Shown one piece after another: positions 23,328-31,938 of a DNA stretch of 31,938 nucleotides. The translations under genes and the position numbers were made by a program. The DNA comes from a virus (taxonomy: Duplodnaviria > Caudoviricetes), in the IMG/VR virus record IMGVR_UViG_3300043467_000990, positions 1-31,938 of that record; one strand, written 5' to 3'. Numbering within the stretch: position 1 is the first letter of the stretch; every line of letters starts with the position of its first letter. The notes under the pieces were generated by a model that was not told the origin of the DNA, did not search any database, and worked only from the letters and a program-made list of their open reading frames with translations.

Positions 23328-24257
23328 TTAGAGGGTGAAAAATACAACTTCGGCAGGGTAAGCAACTTGAACGCCGTAAGCAAAAGTAGTACGGAAACGA
23401 ACCTCGTCGTTATCCTCAGAGTACCACAATTTGTATACTTCTTCTTCGTTAGCCAAGTCAGTACCTACAAAGAAGTTGCTCAAAGAACCTGCAACGATTT
23501 TGTTGGTTCCGTTCAAACCACCTACAGCGATCAACTTCATATTGGTTCCGGGATACACCATTTCCATAGTTTGACTAGCGTCAACAGCGTAATGGAACAA
23601 ATTAGCGTTCTTCAAATTAACCAACATCAATTTGAAAGCGTCAACACCCAAGAAACAAACCAAGTCAGTCTTACTAGCAACACGAGAAGGAATGTTCGCG
23701 TATACTTGATCTAAGATGTCGTCGATGTTTGCAACGGTGATTGAAGTGAAAGCAGTTGGCGCAGAGTTTGCCAAAGTTGGAGAAGACGCGGCGATAATTT
23801 TGTTGAAACCATCGAAGCGATTCAAGTTAGGGTTTCCACTAGTAGTGTCACCTTGCCACATTGCGATCTCGATGTTCTCAGCGATAACGGCTGATTTTTC
23901 AGCACCAACTTGCTCTTCAAAAGGAATCATTGTAGGAGAACCTGCCATAATTTGAGTCTGCATCCACTTTGCTTCCAAAGTCTTAGGACACAAAGTCTCT
24001 TCAACCTTTACGCTACCAACGGTGATAGTACGTTGAGTGAAAGTAGTAGAGCCACTTGGATTGTAGCCACAACCGTCGGCTTGAAAGAAAACGGTAGAGT
24101 TAAGCAAGTTCAAGGTAGCAGATGATTTCACACCTACTTGCACTTGACCTGCAGATTGCAAAGTTGAAGCGGTTTTTGAACCGAACAACGCTTTTACCAA
24201 CAAGTCAGTAGACTGCTCATTGGTGTAGTTTGCGAGAGAAGATACAACGAATGCCAT
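23328..24257 (-). CDS. Major capsid protein
   Basis: 309 aa after protease and scaffold; EETLCPK, IEIAMWQGD, FDGF, GTDL; A-rich ribosome-loading region upstream. Confidence 0.85.
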   Translation of the reverse strand: MAFVVSSLANYTNEQSTDLLVKALFGSKTASTLQSAGQVQVGVKSSATLNLLNSTVFFQADGCGYNPSGSTTFTQRTITVGSVKVEETLCPKTLEAKWMQTQIMAGSPTMIPFEEQVGAEKSAVIAENIEIAMWQGDTTSGNPNLNRFDGFNKIIAASSPTLANSAPTAFTSITVANIDDILDQVYANIPSRVASKTDLVCFLGVDAFKLMLVNLKNANLFHYAVDASQTMEMVYPGTNMKLIAVGGLNGTNKIVAGSLSNFFVGTDLANEEEVYKLWYSEDNDEVRFRTTFAYGVQVAYPAEVVFFTL

Positions 24258-24281
24258 AGTATTTTTTTGTTTTTTGTTTGT

Positions 24282-24833
24282 TTATTTTTTTAATGCGTTT
24301 GCGAATTTCTTCAAGTTCTCAAATTGAGATTCTTGCTTGCTAGGAGTGTGAGGTTTCTTAGTAGGCTGATCGCTAGGCAAGTCAATCATTTTCTCAACCA
24401 ACTCAACTACTTTCGACATAGCCTCTTTGTGAGATACTCTCTCGCTTACAAGAGACTCGATAGAAGCAGTCAATTGAGCGATCTTAGACTCAAGACTTTC
24501 TACTACTTCGTTGAAGTGAGAAACGGTAGCGAACTCTTCTGCTTCAACTGAAATTTCTACTTCGGGAGTTTCCATCTCTGGCTTAACGATTTCAGTCACA
24601 ACGCCATCAAGAGTAGTCACAAGAGTACCATCTTCGATTTCGTGAGTTGCGTCGGGTGCAGGAATATCGCCCTCAGCAGTCTCTACCATTACGATAGTAC
24701 CTACTGACAACTCACCTTCCCATTTTACGATAGTACCATCTTTCAACATTGCTGTCTCGAAAGCGACACTTTTTTCTTCTTCAAATCCCAACAAAGTGCG
24801 GACTTGCTTCAAAGTTTCTTTTGCGTTCATCAT
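24282..24833 (-). CDS. Capsid scaffolding protein
   Basis: Acidic, PAPDATHEIEDG, coiled coil, basic tail; start at 24833 or 24830. Confidence 0.7.
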   Translation of the reverse strand: MMNAKETLKQVRTLLGFEEEKSVAFETAMLKDGTIVKWEGELSVGTIVMVETAEGDIPAPDATHEIEDGTLVTTLDGVVTEIVKPEMETPEVEISVEAEEFATVSHFNEVVESLESKIAQLTASIESLVSERVSHKEAMSKVVELVEKMIDLPSDQPTKKPHTPSKQESQFENLKKFANALKK

Positions 24834-24837
24834 AGTA

Positions 24838-24863
24838 AAATATATTTTGTTGTTTAGTGTTGC
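24838..24863 (-). promoter_or_regulatory. Candidate late promoter (scaffold/capsid)
   Basis: GCAAC-N16-TATTT, 7 nt before the ATG at 24830. Confidence 0.55.
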
Positions 24864-24867
24864 AATT

Positions 24868-25875
24868 TTAGTGACCATTCCATTGAGCAAGAACGCGCTT
24901 CAACTCTTCGATGACTTTCATCTCTTCGTCTACTTCGCTTACAAAGTCAAACACTCCTTCGACAGAGAAACCCTTGAACTCACCTGCTTTTACTTTTGCC
25001 CATACATCGTCATTGTCTATCAAGTAAGACACAAACCACGAGCCGTTCGCTACGTCTTCGTACCCTTTTGGAGGCATCACACCTCTCTCTCGATCAACGA
25101 TAAAAGATTCAAACAAAGACACGCCTTCTTCGATTGGTGTTTTGTGATGAGCGTTGACACTATCGTACTTGTTTGAGCGCGCCCATTTCTTCGCTATCTT
25201 AAAAATAGAATTCTTATCAAATACAACGTAGTATTCACCACGAACAGCATCGCGTCGATAGATAGGCATATCAGCAACCATAGCAACTCCCGAAACAATT
25301 CTTTTTTCTTCATCTTGAATAGAGAACTTGCTTGCGTTTATTTTACGCTCAGTCCAACGAAGCATCTCTTCACCACCCCACAAGAGATACGAGATCGTGC
25401 CACACGCGTTCTCATCATTCTCGTCGTAGTATTCTTTTGCTCTAGAGAGATACGAGTATATACGTTGAATTGTGTCATCGCTAATAGGTTCGCCTTGCGC
25501 TAATTGTTGACCTCTTACTTTGCCGACTTGAGTTGCGCATTTGTTGTCGTTTGCTTCGTTCAAGCGTATACCTCTTTCAGCGTTTGCTTTTGCGCCTTCT
25601 GGATAATCTGTATACGACTCGAACTTCTCTTGATACATTGAGTAGCAAATTGCAACTGCTTGCTCGCTGTCTTTGCCCTCGTTGATGAGAACAGGTATAC
25701 AACGTGCGACAAACTCTTCTTCACTCTCGTTTGCTTGAGGTTCTACAAACGCTTGATTGAATGCTTGAAAATCTCTTTCGACTGCGGGTGCTTCGACAAG
25801 CGATACAAAGTCGATGCCTGTTTCGTCGTCAAACTCATTGATGTCTAGTCGATAGATTGGTAGATTCATACTCAT
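24868..25875 (-). CDS. XkdF-like prohead serine protease with internal insertions
   Basis: VSLVEAPAVE, DEEKRIVSG, IYRRD, NAHH, GSWFVS, KGFSVEG. Confidence 0.82.
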   Translation of the reverse strand: MSMNLPIYRLDINEFDDETGIDFVSLVEAPAVERDFQAFNQAFVEPQANESEEEFVARCIPVLINEGKDSEQAVAICYSMYQEKFESYTDYPEGAKANAERGIRLNEANDNKCATQVGKVRGQQLAQGEPISDDTIQRIYSYLSRAKEYYDENDENACGTISYLLWGGEEMLRWTERKINASKFSIQDEEKRIVSGVAMVADMPIYRRDAVRGEYYVVFDKNSIFKIAKKWARSNKYDSVNAHHKTPIEEGVSLFESFIVDRERGVMPPKGYEDVANGSWFVSYLIDNDDVWAKVKAGEFKGFSVEGVFDFVSEVDEEMKVIEELKRVLAQWNGH

Positions 25876-25902
25876 AAATAGCGTTTATTTGACAATAGAT
25901 AC
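25876..25902 (-). promoter_or_regulatory. Candidate late promoter (protease)
   Basis: GTATC-N17-TATTT-N6-ATG(25869); shares AATAAACGCTATTTA with the portal promoter. Confidence 0.55.
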
Positions 25903-27609
25903 TTTTTTGTTGTTAGATACTCTTTGTTGTGTGCGAGTAATGTCACCTTCTAGAACGTATACTCGTTGCTGTTGAGTGAGTTGCTCGTTGCCTCCTTGTT
26001 GAAGAAGCGAAGAACTTGTTTGAGGTGCGCTCATTTGAGGCATTCCACCACCATTCGCTTGAGATGCTTGTTGAGAATTGAACTTTGTCGCTTTGAGTTT
26101 TGCTACTTGAGCGAGACCAAATGCACCTGCGAGACCTGCTTGTATGTAAGGGTAAGCGGGAATGAAAGCCGTGATAGGTGAATCTTGAGCAGTCTTGTAC
26201 GCGTTTTGTACACCTTCAATAGTTGCCATTATAGTCGACGCAATCTTCATCGCTTTCGAGAAATTGAACGCTCTCTTTTGTGACTCTTCGTCTTGACGTG
26301 CGAATGCGTTTGCAAGTTCTATACTCACATCAAAGAAGTCTTTTGCTAAATCAACCAATTCTTCATTGTACGCTTTTACTGCGATAGCGAATTTCTCTTG
26401 ATTGCTGTATTTCTTGCGATACGTACCTTCGTCAATCTTGACAAGATTTTCGCCTAGATTCTTCTCTTCTTTTTCTTTCGTAGCAATACCTTTGCGAACG
26501 TCTTTCAACTCTTTGTCACGCAACTCTTGACGCTTGTAGTTGTAGATGTTCTCAAGTACTAGAAGTGCTTCTTGATTTTGTGCGTATTGTTGGCGAGCGT
26601 TTGCGTACCATTGTTGAAGTGCTAGTATTTCTTTGTTTGCTTCATCTGCTTGAAGCATTCTCAACTCTTGAGTCAAAGTGCGTATTTCGTTCCTTCTCTC
26701 TTTTGCTCTGTCGCTTGATTCTTTTGCTCTATCTTTATTGTATTTCTTCTCGTCTTCTGTTAGAATAGCGAGAGCGTTCTTTGAATCGTCAATGATTTTG
26801 CCCCATTCTTTCTCTTTGTTCTTGCCGTAGTTTGCGCGTGCTTGAGCAAGTTCGTTCTCAAGTTTCTCACGTTGCTTGATGAATGCACCTACTTCGTCAC
26901 CTCGTGCTTTTAGAAGCGCAATCTCTCTGTCAAGTTGCTCGTTGTTCTTCTCAGTCGCTTTGTTGTACTTCTCAAGAGCGCGTTCACTTGCGCTAGTAAT
27001 GCCTACGAAGTCTGTGAATCGTTGTACTAGACCACCAATAAAAGAAGCAAACGTCTTCAATCCCGGTACGAGCGACATCACAGCATTCTTGATCTTGTCA
27101 AAGTTTGCGATGACGATAGGTAGAATGATCAACAAACCACCAAACGCAAGAGACGTCATTTGACCTAGATTCTTGAACGCTTGTACTACCGTGCCTTTGA
27201 TGTTCTTCGCAATCGCTGTGAATTGTTGTTGTATTTTGCCAAGTCCTTCTAACCCGTCAGCAAGAGCCATCGCGCCTTGAAGTTTGACCATCGTCTTTTG
27301 CAAGTCTTCACTCTCGCTACCGAAGAGAGCCATTGCACCTTGCGCCGCTTGAAAGCCACGAGCGACACCTTGAACGATTGTTTGTACTTGAGCGAACTTG
27401 TCGGGATTGACTGCAGACACACGGTCATTGAAGTCCTCCATTCTATCGCGAAGTTGAGCAAGTCGCTTTTCGGCTTCTACTGCTTCTGGCGAAAACTCAC
27501 CAAAAGCGCGAACCGCTTCTTGTGCTTCTATTGTTGCTTGACGAATTTCGCCTTTGAAGCCTTTGAGGTTCGATTTGACTTCGAGTTCTACCGTTGATTT
27601 AATTGCCAT
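25885..27609 (-). CDS. Tape measure-like protein
   Basis: 574 aa, Ala/Gln-rich helical and coiled-coil, hydrophobic segments, C-terminal RVYVLEGDI. Confidence 0.75.
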   Translation of the reverse strand: MAIKSTVELEVKSNLKGFKGEIRQATIEAQEAVRAFGEFSPEAVEAEKRLAQLRDRMEDFNDRVSAVNPDKFAQVQTIVQGVARGFQAAQGAMALFGSESEDLQKTMVKLQGAMALADGLEGLGKIQQQFTAIAKNIKGTVVQAFKNLGQMTSLAFGGLLIILPIVIANFDKIKNAVMSLVPGLKTFASFIGGLVQRFTDFVGITSASERALEKYNKATEKNNEQLDREIALLKARGDEVGAFIKQREKLENELAQARANYGKNKEKEWGKIIDDSKNALAILTEDEKKYNKDRAKESSDRAKERRNEIRTLTQELRMLQADEANKEILALQQWYANARQQYAQNQEALLVLENIYNYKRQELRDKELKDVRKGIATKEKEEKNLGENLVKIDEGTYRKKYSNQEKFAIAVKAYNEELVDLAKDFFDVSIELANAFARQDEESQKRAFNFSKAMKIASTIMATIEGVQNAYKTAQDSPITAFIPAYPYIQAGLAGAFGLAQVAKLKATKFNSQQASQANGGGMPQMSAPQTSSSLLQQGGNEQLTQQQRVYVLEGDITRTQQRVSNNKKVSIVK

Positions 27610-27611
27610 TT

Positions 27612-30356
27612 TTAGTGTCCTTCTGCTATGATGTAAAATTGTGCGCCATCAGTTGTGATGACATCGTATGAATGATGAGTTGTTTGAGTGTGTGAATCGC
27701 TTCCGTCGATTTGTGCGCTTGTCGCTGTGTTGATTGTAACGCTATGACCGCTTAGAGGTTTTTTGATCACCCAAGTTTTACCGCTTAATGAGGTAGGGTC
27801 GGGCAAAGTAATTGTCAAACTACCTGCGCTTGTATCTGCAAGAATCAACCAATCGTCTTTTGTAGCGTTGTAGTTTGTGCTTACGTTACGAACTGAACCA
27901 CCACTCAAGAAATTAGGGTACATCTCGTAGTTGCCTACGTACATCGTGTCTGGCTTTGTAACTTCAAAGTCATCACAAACGACAGCGATTGAGTTATCTG
28001 CGCCCTCTAGGAACGAAGTATTCACACTAGCGAACGCGCTTGAGTTGTCGTTGTTTGACGATTGTACGATGCCATCACCTACGAATACACCACTACCTCC
28101 GTTTGACGTGCCTACAGATACGCCTTTGATACCTGGTTTGAATGGCACATTCCCGCCAGGATAGATGTCGCCATAAGTCTCGCCTTGTTGCCCTTGTCCT
28201 GTGCCTGCACCTATTGTCTTTTGAGTGATCGTCGCGGGTTGTATAAACTGAGCAAGCAAGAACTCGCACAAGTAGACTGAGTCGCCGTTTGGGTCGTAGT
28301 CTTCGATTTTGTTCAAACGCCAGTACTGACCTTCAAAGAAAAACGCGTCAGCAAAAGACAAGTTCAAGTAGTCTTTCGTAGTGATGCGAAAATACGCTCT
28401 CAAAATCTTCGAGTTCTTTGACGTGATTTCAGTCAAGAAGCGATAGTAGTACGTATTTACAAGATTCGCGTTTGTGTATTTGTAGCCTGCGCCTAGACCT
28501 ATCTCGCGAGGCATACCAAAATTGATGTCGAAAGTAGGGTTCGCAATGTCGTCAAGATGCGTCGTGATAGGTATTGAGAAACGATTCGAGCGATTGACGC
28601 CTACGCCTGCGTATTGTGCGTAGAGCATCCAATTTACACCACTCACTAGACCGCTATAATACATCACGCGTAAGTCACCATCTTGAGAGTTGGGTACATA
28701 CGACAATACGAAGTTCTTTTGATTGTTGTAAGAGCGTATTTGAGTAGGTGAGAAAACGACTTCAATCTTCTTCTCTTCTTTGACGAACTGATTGTCGACT
28801 TGATATGTACGCGAGCCATACGTTGTTTGATACGACTCTTGATACAATACGTTCGCGTCATCTTTGCCCTCTTTGTATTGAAACTTGTAGGGGTTTGCTT
28901 CGAGTTCGCCCATAGGTACAATCTCGACGCTTTGAGAGTAGTCGAGTTTTTTTGTCCAATCTACTTGAGCGCCATTGTAGAACTCGTCGCGAGGTACGAT
29001 TCGCAACTCTTTAGGATTGTCTCTATCTGCTTCGATATACAAATTGAACATCTTTACGAACGAAAGCAAGAGATCGCTTTGTTTGACTTCGCTATTCATA
29101 AAGACTGCGAAATCTACCGTCTCGCCATAGCCGTAAGTGAACGCAGTCAAGTTGTTCTCGATGTAAGAACCTATTCCTAAGTTTAGTTGAAATTCACTAT
29201 TTGTTAGATTGTAAGAATTTGCAGAGTCCCAAACTTGAACGAGTTTGATTTCTACGATATCACCATTGAGCAACGTGCTAGGCGAGAAATACAAATCGAC
29301 GTTAAAAGCGGGTGAGCCAAAATCTACCGTCACCGTCGATGTTGTGCGTTTTACCCCATTCACGTATAACCCAAAGACAAGCCATATGTCTTCTTGAAAG
29401 ACTGGCATATATCCCGTAGATGAGTAGTTGATACCTAGTGAGACATCAAATACGTAATTGCCACCAACAGGCGCAGTGAATTGTCCCGTCGTAGTATTAT
29501 AGTTGCCTCCGTTGTCGTAGTTGCCTGCAGTAGAATCGTTTTGAAAGATAATTGTCGACGCTAGGTCTAGTGATTGAGGCGTTGTAGTTCTAGACGCTTT
29601 GAATCGACGTGATTCTAGCACGTTCGCATCAATAGTCAACGACGATGGAGGTGGTATTACAAGACGCTTGAATCTATCGCTATTGAAGAAAGAGTCGTTC
29701 GTGTAAGTATACGACGCATTTGAGAACATCTTGTCGACGATAGTCTTTGCGTAGAGACAAGGCGTGAACTCGTTAGTCTCCCATAGAGAGATATTGCGAG
29801 GATGACCTTTGTCGATCATTGCGTACATATAGCCCTCGCCATAAGTGAACGCTTGAGTTGACCCGTTCTTGTAGATTTGAGTTGCCCACGAATCGATGAC
29901 GTTGCCACTAGAGAGCGTGTGATTGTACTCGCTGAAATCTAGCGCGTTCAATTTGCGCTCGCTTAATGTCGTGAACAAGTCAGCAGTTTGCCCGTGAAGA
30001 GTGACTTCGTATGCGATGCGAGTAGAGTCATCGACTTTGATTGACAAGAGACGCAAGAAGCCTCTCAACTGCTCGACGCCATCGCTGAACAAGATGACAT
30101 CTGCTTTGAGATTAGGGTTGAAATCTGGCGTGAATTGAACACTTGAAGAAATGACTTGCTCGACTTCGAAGAGTTGCGAGAAGATTATATTGTTCGCTTT
30201 TGTGCCGGGCAAAGTGAACGTCTTAGTCCACTCACTTGAGCGCGATTGTGGCTCTCTTATGTCAGCAATAGAGCGCGTGATCAGAGTGTTGACATCGCCA
30301 AAAGTGTCGAGTCGCCTGTTCGTTAACGTGCCACCACTTACGTATATTTCTATCAT
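27612..30356 (-). CDS. Large tail-tip/baseplate hub protein
   Basis: 914 aa; SIADIREP...WTKTFTLPGT..NN; C-terminal fibre-adaptor-like ADTSAGSLTITLP domain. Confidence 0.75.
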   Translation of the reverse strand: MIEIYVSGGTLTNRRLDTFGDVNTLITRSIADIREPQSRSSEWTKTFTLPGTKANNIIFSQLFEVEQVISSSVQFTPDFNPNLKADVILFSDGVEQLRGFLRLLSIKVDDSTRIAYEVTLHGQTADLFTTLSERKLNALDFSEYNHTLSSGNVIDSWATQIYKNGSTQAFTYGEGYMYAMIDKGHPRNISLWETNEFTPCLYAKTIVDKMFSNASYTYTNDSFFNSDRFKRLVIPPPSSLTIDANVLESRRFKASRTTTPQSLDLASTIIFQNDSTAGNYDNGGNYNTTTGQFTAPVGGNYVFDVSLGINYSSTGYMPVFQEDIWLVFGLYVNGVKRTTSTVTVDFGSPAFNVDLYFSPSTLLNGDIVEIKLVQVWDSANSYNLTNSEFQLNLGIGSYIENNLTAFTYGYGETVDFAVFMNSEVKQSDLLLSFVKMFNLYIEADRDNPKELRIVPRDEFYNGAQVDWTKKLDYSQSVEIVPMGELEANPYKFQYKEGKDDANVLYQESYQTTYGSRTYQVDNQFVKEEKKIEVVFSPTQIRSYNNQKNFVLSYVPNSQDGDLRVMYYSGLVSGVNWMLYAQYAGVGVNRSNRFSIPITTHLDDIANPTFDINFGMPREIGLGAGYKYTNANLVNTYYYRFLTEITSKNSKILRAYFRITTKDYLNLSFADAFFFEGQYWRLNKIEDYDPNGDSVYLCEFLLAQFIQPATITQKTIGAGTGQGQQGETYGDIYPGGNVPFKPGIKGVSVGTSNGGSGVFVGDGIVQSSNNDNSSAFASVNTSFLEGADNSIAVVCDDFEVTKPDTMYVGNYEMYPNFLSGGSVRNVSTNYNATKDDWLILADTSAGSLTITLPDPTSLSGKTWVIKKPLSGHSVTINTATSAQIDGSDSHTQTTHHSYDVITTDGAQFYIIAEGH

Positions 30357-31483
30357 TGTCTTTGTCTCTTGTTCTCAAGCGAAAATACGACATCTATTTC
30401 TAGATTGAAGACTTTGTCTTGTACGTGCTTCTTGACTTCGTAGTTTGACGTCTCGATGTTGACTGCTACTAGAGTAGTGCCATCGTACATATAAACGATA
30501 GGTGAATCAATCAAGTCTTTGAGCCATTCGCTTTGCGCTTCTGTTATCCAATTCGAGAACATTTTAACCCTATGAGTTGAAATTGTGTCGTAATTTCTTG
30601 ACTTAAAAGATGAAGTTTCGTAGCCGTAAGTAGCACCGAGCGTGTAAGGAGTTGCTTGATAAGTCTTGCGTTGAGTGTCGTATGAATCGCGTCTTACTTT
30701 GTTGAAGCGAAACGAGTCAAAGCCACCTAAAGAGTTCAAGAAAAACAAGTCAGTCGTCTCGTACTTTGAACACTCGTCTACTAACGTCACGCGATATGTC
30801 TCGCTCAATGTAGTACCACCATTTTTGAGTACGATGTCGTAGTATGTCGCACCGCTAGGAATTGTCAATTGAGAGCCACTAGGAATGCGTACAATCGTCG
30901 AAGTAGGTAGACTCAGCGTTTGTGTACTTGCGTCGCTATACGTGATGAGAGCGCTTGTAGCGGTGTTTCTAATAGCGTACAAGAAGTCTTTTTGTGTGCG
31001 TTGAATAATCTTCGAGCGAATAGGTGTCAAGAATTTGCCGTCACCATCCATCGTGTATTGACCATTGTAGTTCACTAAGTCAATCGCGTTGAGTGAAGCG
31101 TTCCACACGTTGCCCGTTGCACTCGTCAAGTTTGTGTACTCTACTACGCTACCTGTTGCACTTGCGCTATACTCGTAGCCGAACTCTACTTTGTATGACA
31201 TCGCGCTATTTGCGCAACCACTAGCGAGAGTGTCGTTGATATTGAAGTCGTAAGTGACGTAGTTCTCTAGAATGCGCGAGATATTAAATACGCCTTTGTT
31301 TGTCGAGCCATAGTAGATAGGTGCTTTGAGTTTTGCTAGACTCGTTGTATTCTGCTTGACTTCACAAATGAATTTGAAATTGTCTTTCGTGTAGATTGCA
31401 CCGCTTGACTCTGTGATTACGAAGTTCGTATCATTGTAAGCAGGTGCGTTCGCGTTTGGTTGTTGTGTGATAGAGAGTGCCAC
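30353..31483 (-). CDS. Tail structural protein
   Basis: 376 aa, GTG start; FLNSLGGFDSFRF, WLKDLIDSPIVY; coupled to the hub gene. Confidence 0.72.
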   Translation of the reverse strand: MALSITQQPNANAPAYNDTNFVITESSGAIYTKDNFKFICEVKQNTTSLAKLKAPIYYGSTNKGVFNISRILENYVTYDFNINDTLASGCANSAMSYKVEFGYEYSASATGSVVEYTNLTSATGNVWNASLNAIDLVNYNGQYTMDGDGKFLTPIRSKIIQRTQKDFLYAIRNTATSALITYSDASTQTLSLPTSTIVRIPSGSQLTIPSGATYYDIVLKNGGTTLSETYRVTLVDECSKYETTDLFFLNSLGGFDSFRFNKVRRDSYDTQRKTYQATPYTLGATYGYETSSFKSRNYDTISTHRVKMFSNWITEAQSEWLKDLIDSPIVYMYDGTTLVAVNIETSNYEVKKHVQDKVFNLEIDVVFSLENKRQRQ

Positions 31484-31489
31484 GTATTA

Positions 31490-31515
31490 AAATAGCAACG
31501 CAACACTCTCGTCTC
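31490..31515 (-). promoter_or_regulatory. Candidate late promoter (tail operon)
   Basis: GAGAC-N16-TATTT-N6-GTG (GTTGCTATTTT). Confidence 0.6.
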
Positions 31516-31516
31516 A

Positions 31517-31552
31517 AAATGAAAGAGAGATCTTGTGAGTCTCTCTCTTTTT
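31517..31552 (-). terminator. Intrinsic terminator after the junction-spanning gene
   Basis: AAAGAGAGA...UCUCUCUUU-CAUUUU hairpin directly after the TAA. Confidence 0.65.
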
Positions 31553-31938
31553 ACTTCAACATCTTTGCAATGTATCTCAAGTGATATTCTTGAATGTTGT
31601 AGCCACCTGCACCGATGCAAGTAGTATAGAAGAAGCGACCATCTGCAAGTTTTGTGTTCACTTCAAAACCTTTACCGCCAATGTGAGTCGTCACATATTC
31701 TGCCATATCGTCGGCAGTCAAGAACTTCTCAAGTGCGGTTTCTAGTTTTGCGATACTAATAGCGCGAACTGATTCGATGTGACTTGCGAATGTTCTGTCG
31801 TAGCGATTCACTAAGCCAAAGACAAAGTCTTGCAATCTTTGACGACGACCGTATGTCATAGAGTAGGCGTACTTTGTGTACCAATTGTGATTTGAGGCGT
31901 TCTCTTCATTTGCTAGTTGGTCATTACAGCCATTCATC
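31551..31938 (-). CDS. 3' part of the junction-spanning 184-aa hypothetical protein
   Basis: In frame with the ATG at 300 across the terminal overlap; ends IGAGGYNIQEYHLRYIAKMLK. Confidence 0.85.
   Translation of the reverse strand, partial: MNGCNDQLANEENASNHNWYTKYAYSMTYGRRQRLQDFVFGLVNRYDRTFASHIESVRAISIAKLETALEKFLTADDMAEYVTTHIGGKGFEVNTKLADGRFFYTTCIGAGGYNIQEYHLRYIAKMLK
31806..31938. repeat. Terminal direct repeat, right copy
   Basis: 132 of 133 bases identical to 1-133. Confidence 0.97.

Noticed and set aside
2208-28921. Nested minus-strand alternative-frame ORFs (2208-2450, 3897-4082, 15689-15880, 27249-27461, 28664-28921)
   Set aside because: Each lies wholly or mostly inside a motif-bearing gene and shows no recognisable protein features.
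776-31620. All plus-strand ORFs in the track (e.g. 6212-6658, 19505-19816, 23316-23714, 24796-25176, 28800-29180)
   Set aside because: They are antisense shadows of well-supported minus-strand genes, with no motifs and no plus-strand promoters noticed.
1-31938. Stop-codon reassignment, or a prophage/lysogeny module
   Set aside because: Core genes are intact in the standard code and all three stops are used; no integrase, att-like site or divergent repressor pair was seen.

Overview
The window is a complete or near-complete circularly permuted tailed dsDNA phage genome of about 31.8 kb. Bases 1-133 repeat 31806-31938 with one mismatch, and one ORF runs across that junction. The host is probably Bacteroidota, because five exact TTG-N19-TAnnTTTG promoters are present and I saw no obvious Shine-Dalgarno motifs. 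Every credible gene is on the minus strand. In transcription order the genome encodes an early gene, tail-tip proteins, tape measure, XkdF-like protease, scaffold, capsid, tail tube, a compositionally foreign tail-fibre/lectin cassette, holin-like genes, portal, head-tail connectors, spanin-like pair, phosphoesterase, amidase, ERF/YqaJ recombination, dCMP deaminase, replication initiator, DnaB, a TAGT-like glycosyltransferase with partner, an ECF-sigma-like protein, HNH, TerS, a GT4 glycosyltransferase, TerL and a -1 frameshifted tail chaperone. I saw no integrase, tRNA or CRISPR array. The most notable signals are (1) a promoter-leader RNA of two hairpins with perfectly complementary 7-nt loops ending in a terminator just before the replication operon, (2) two 11-bp-phased iteron-like arrays inside the initiator gene, (3) a candidate phage-sigma late promoter driving leaderless structural mRNAs, (4) a DNA-glycosyltransferase-like pair with no visible TET or methylase, and (5) strong CC/GG avoidance outside the tail-fibre cassette. 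All product calls come from recognising motifs by eye, with no database search.
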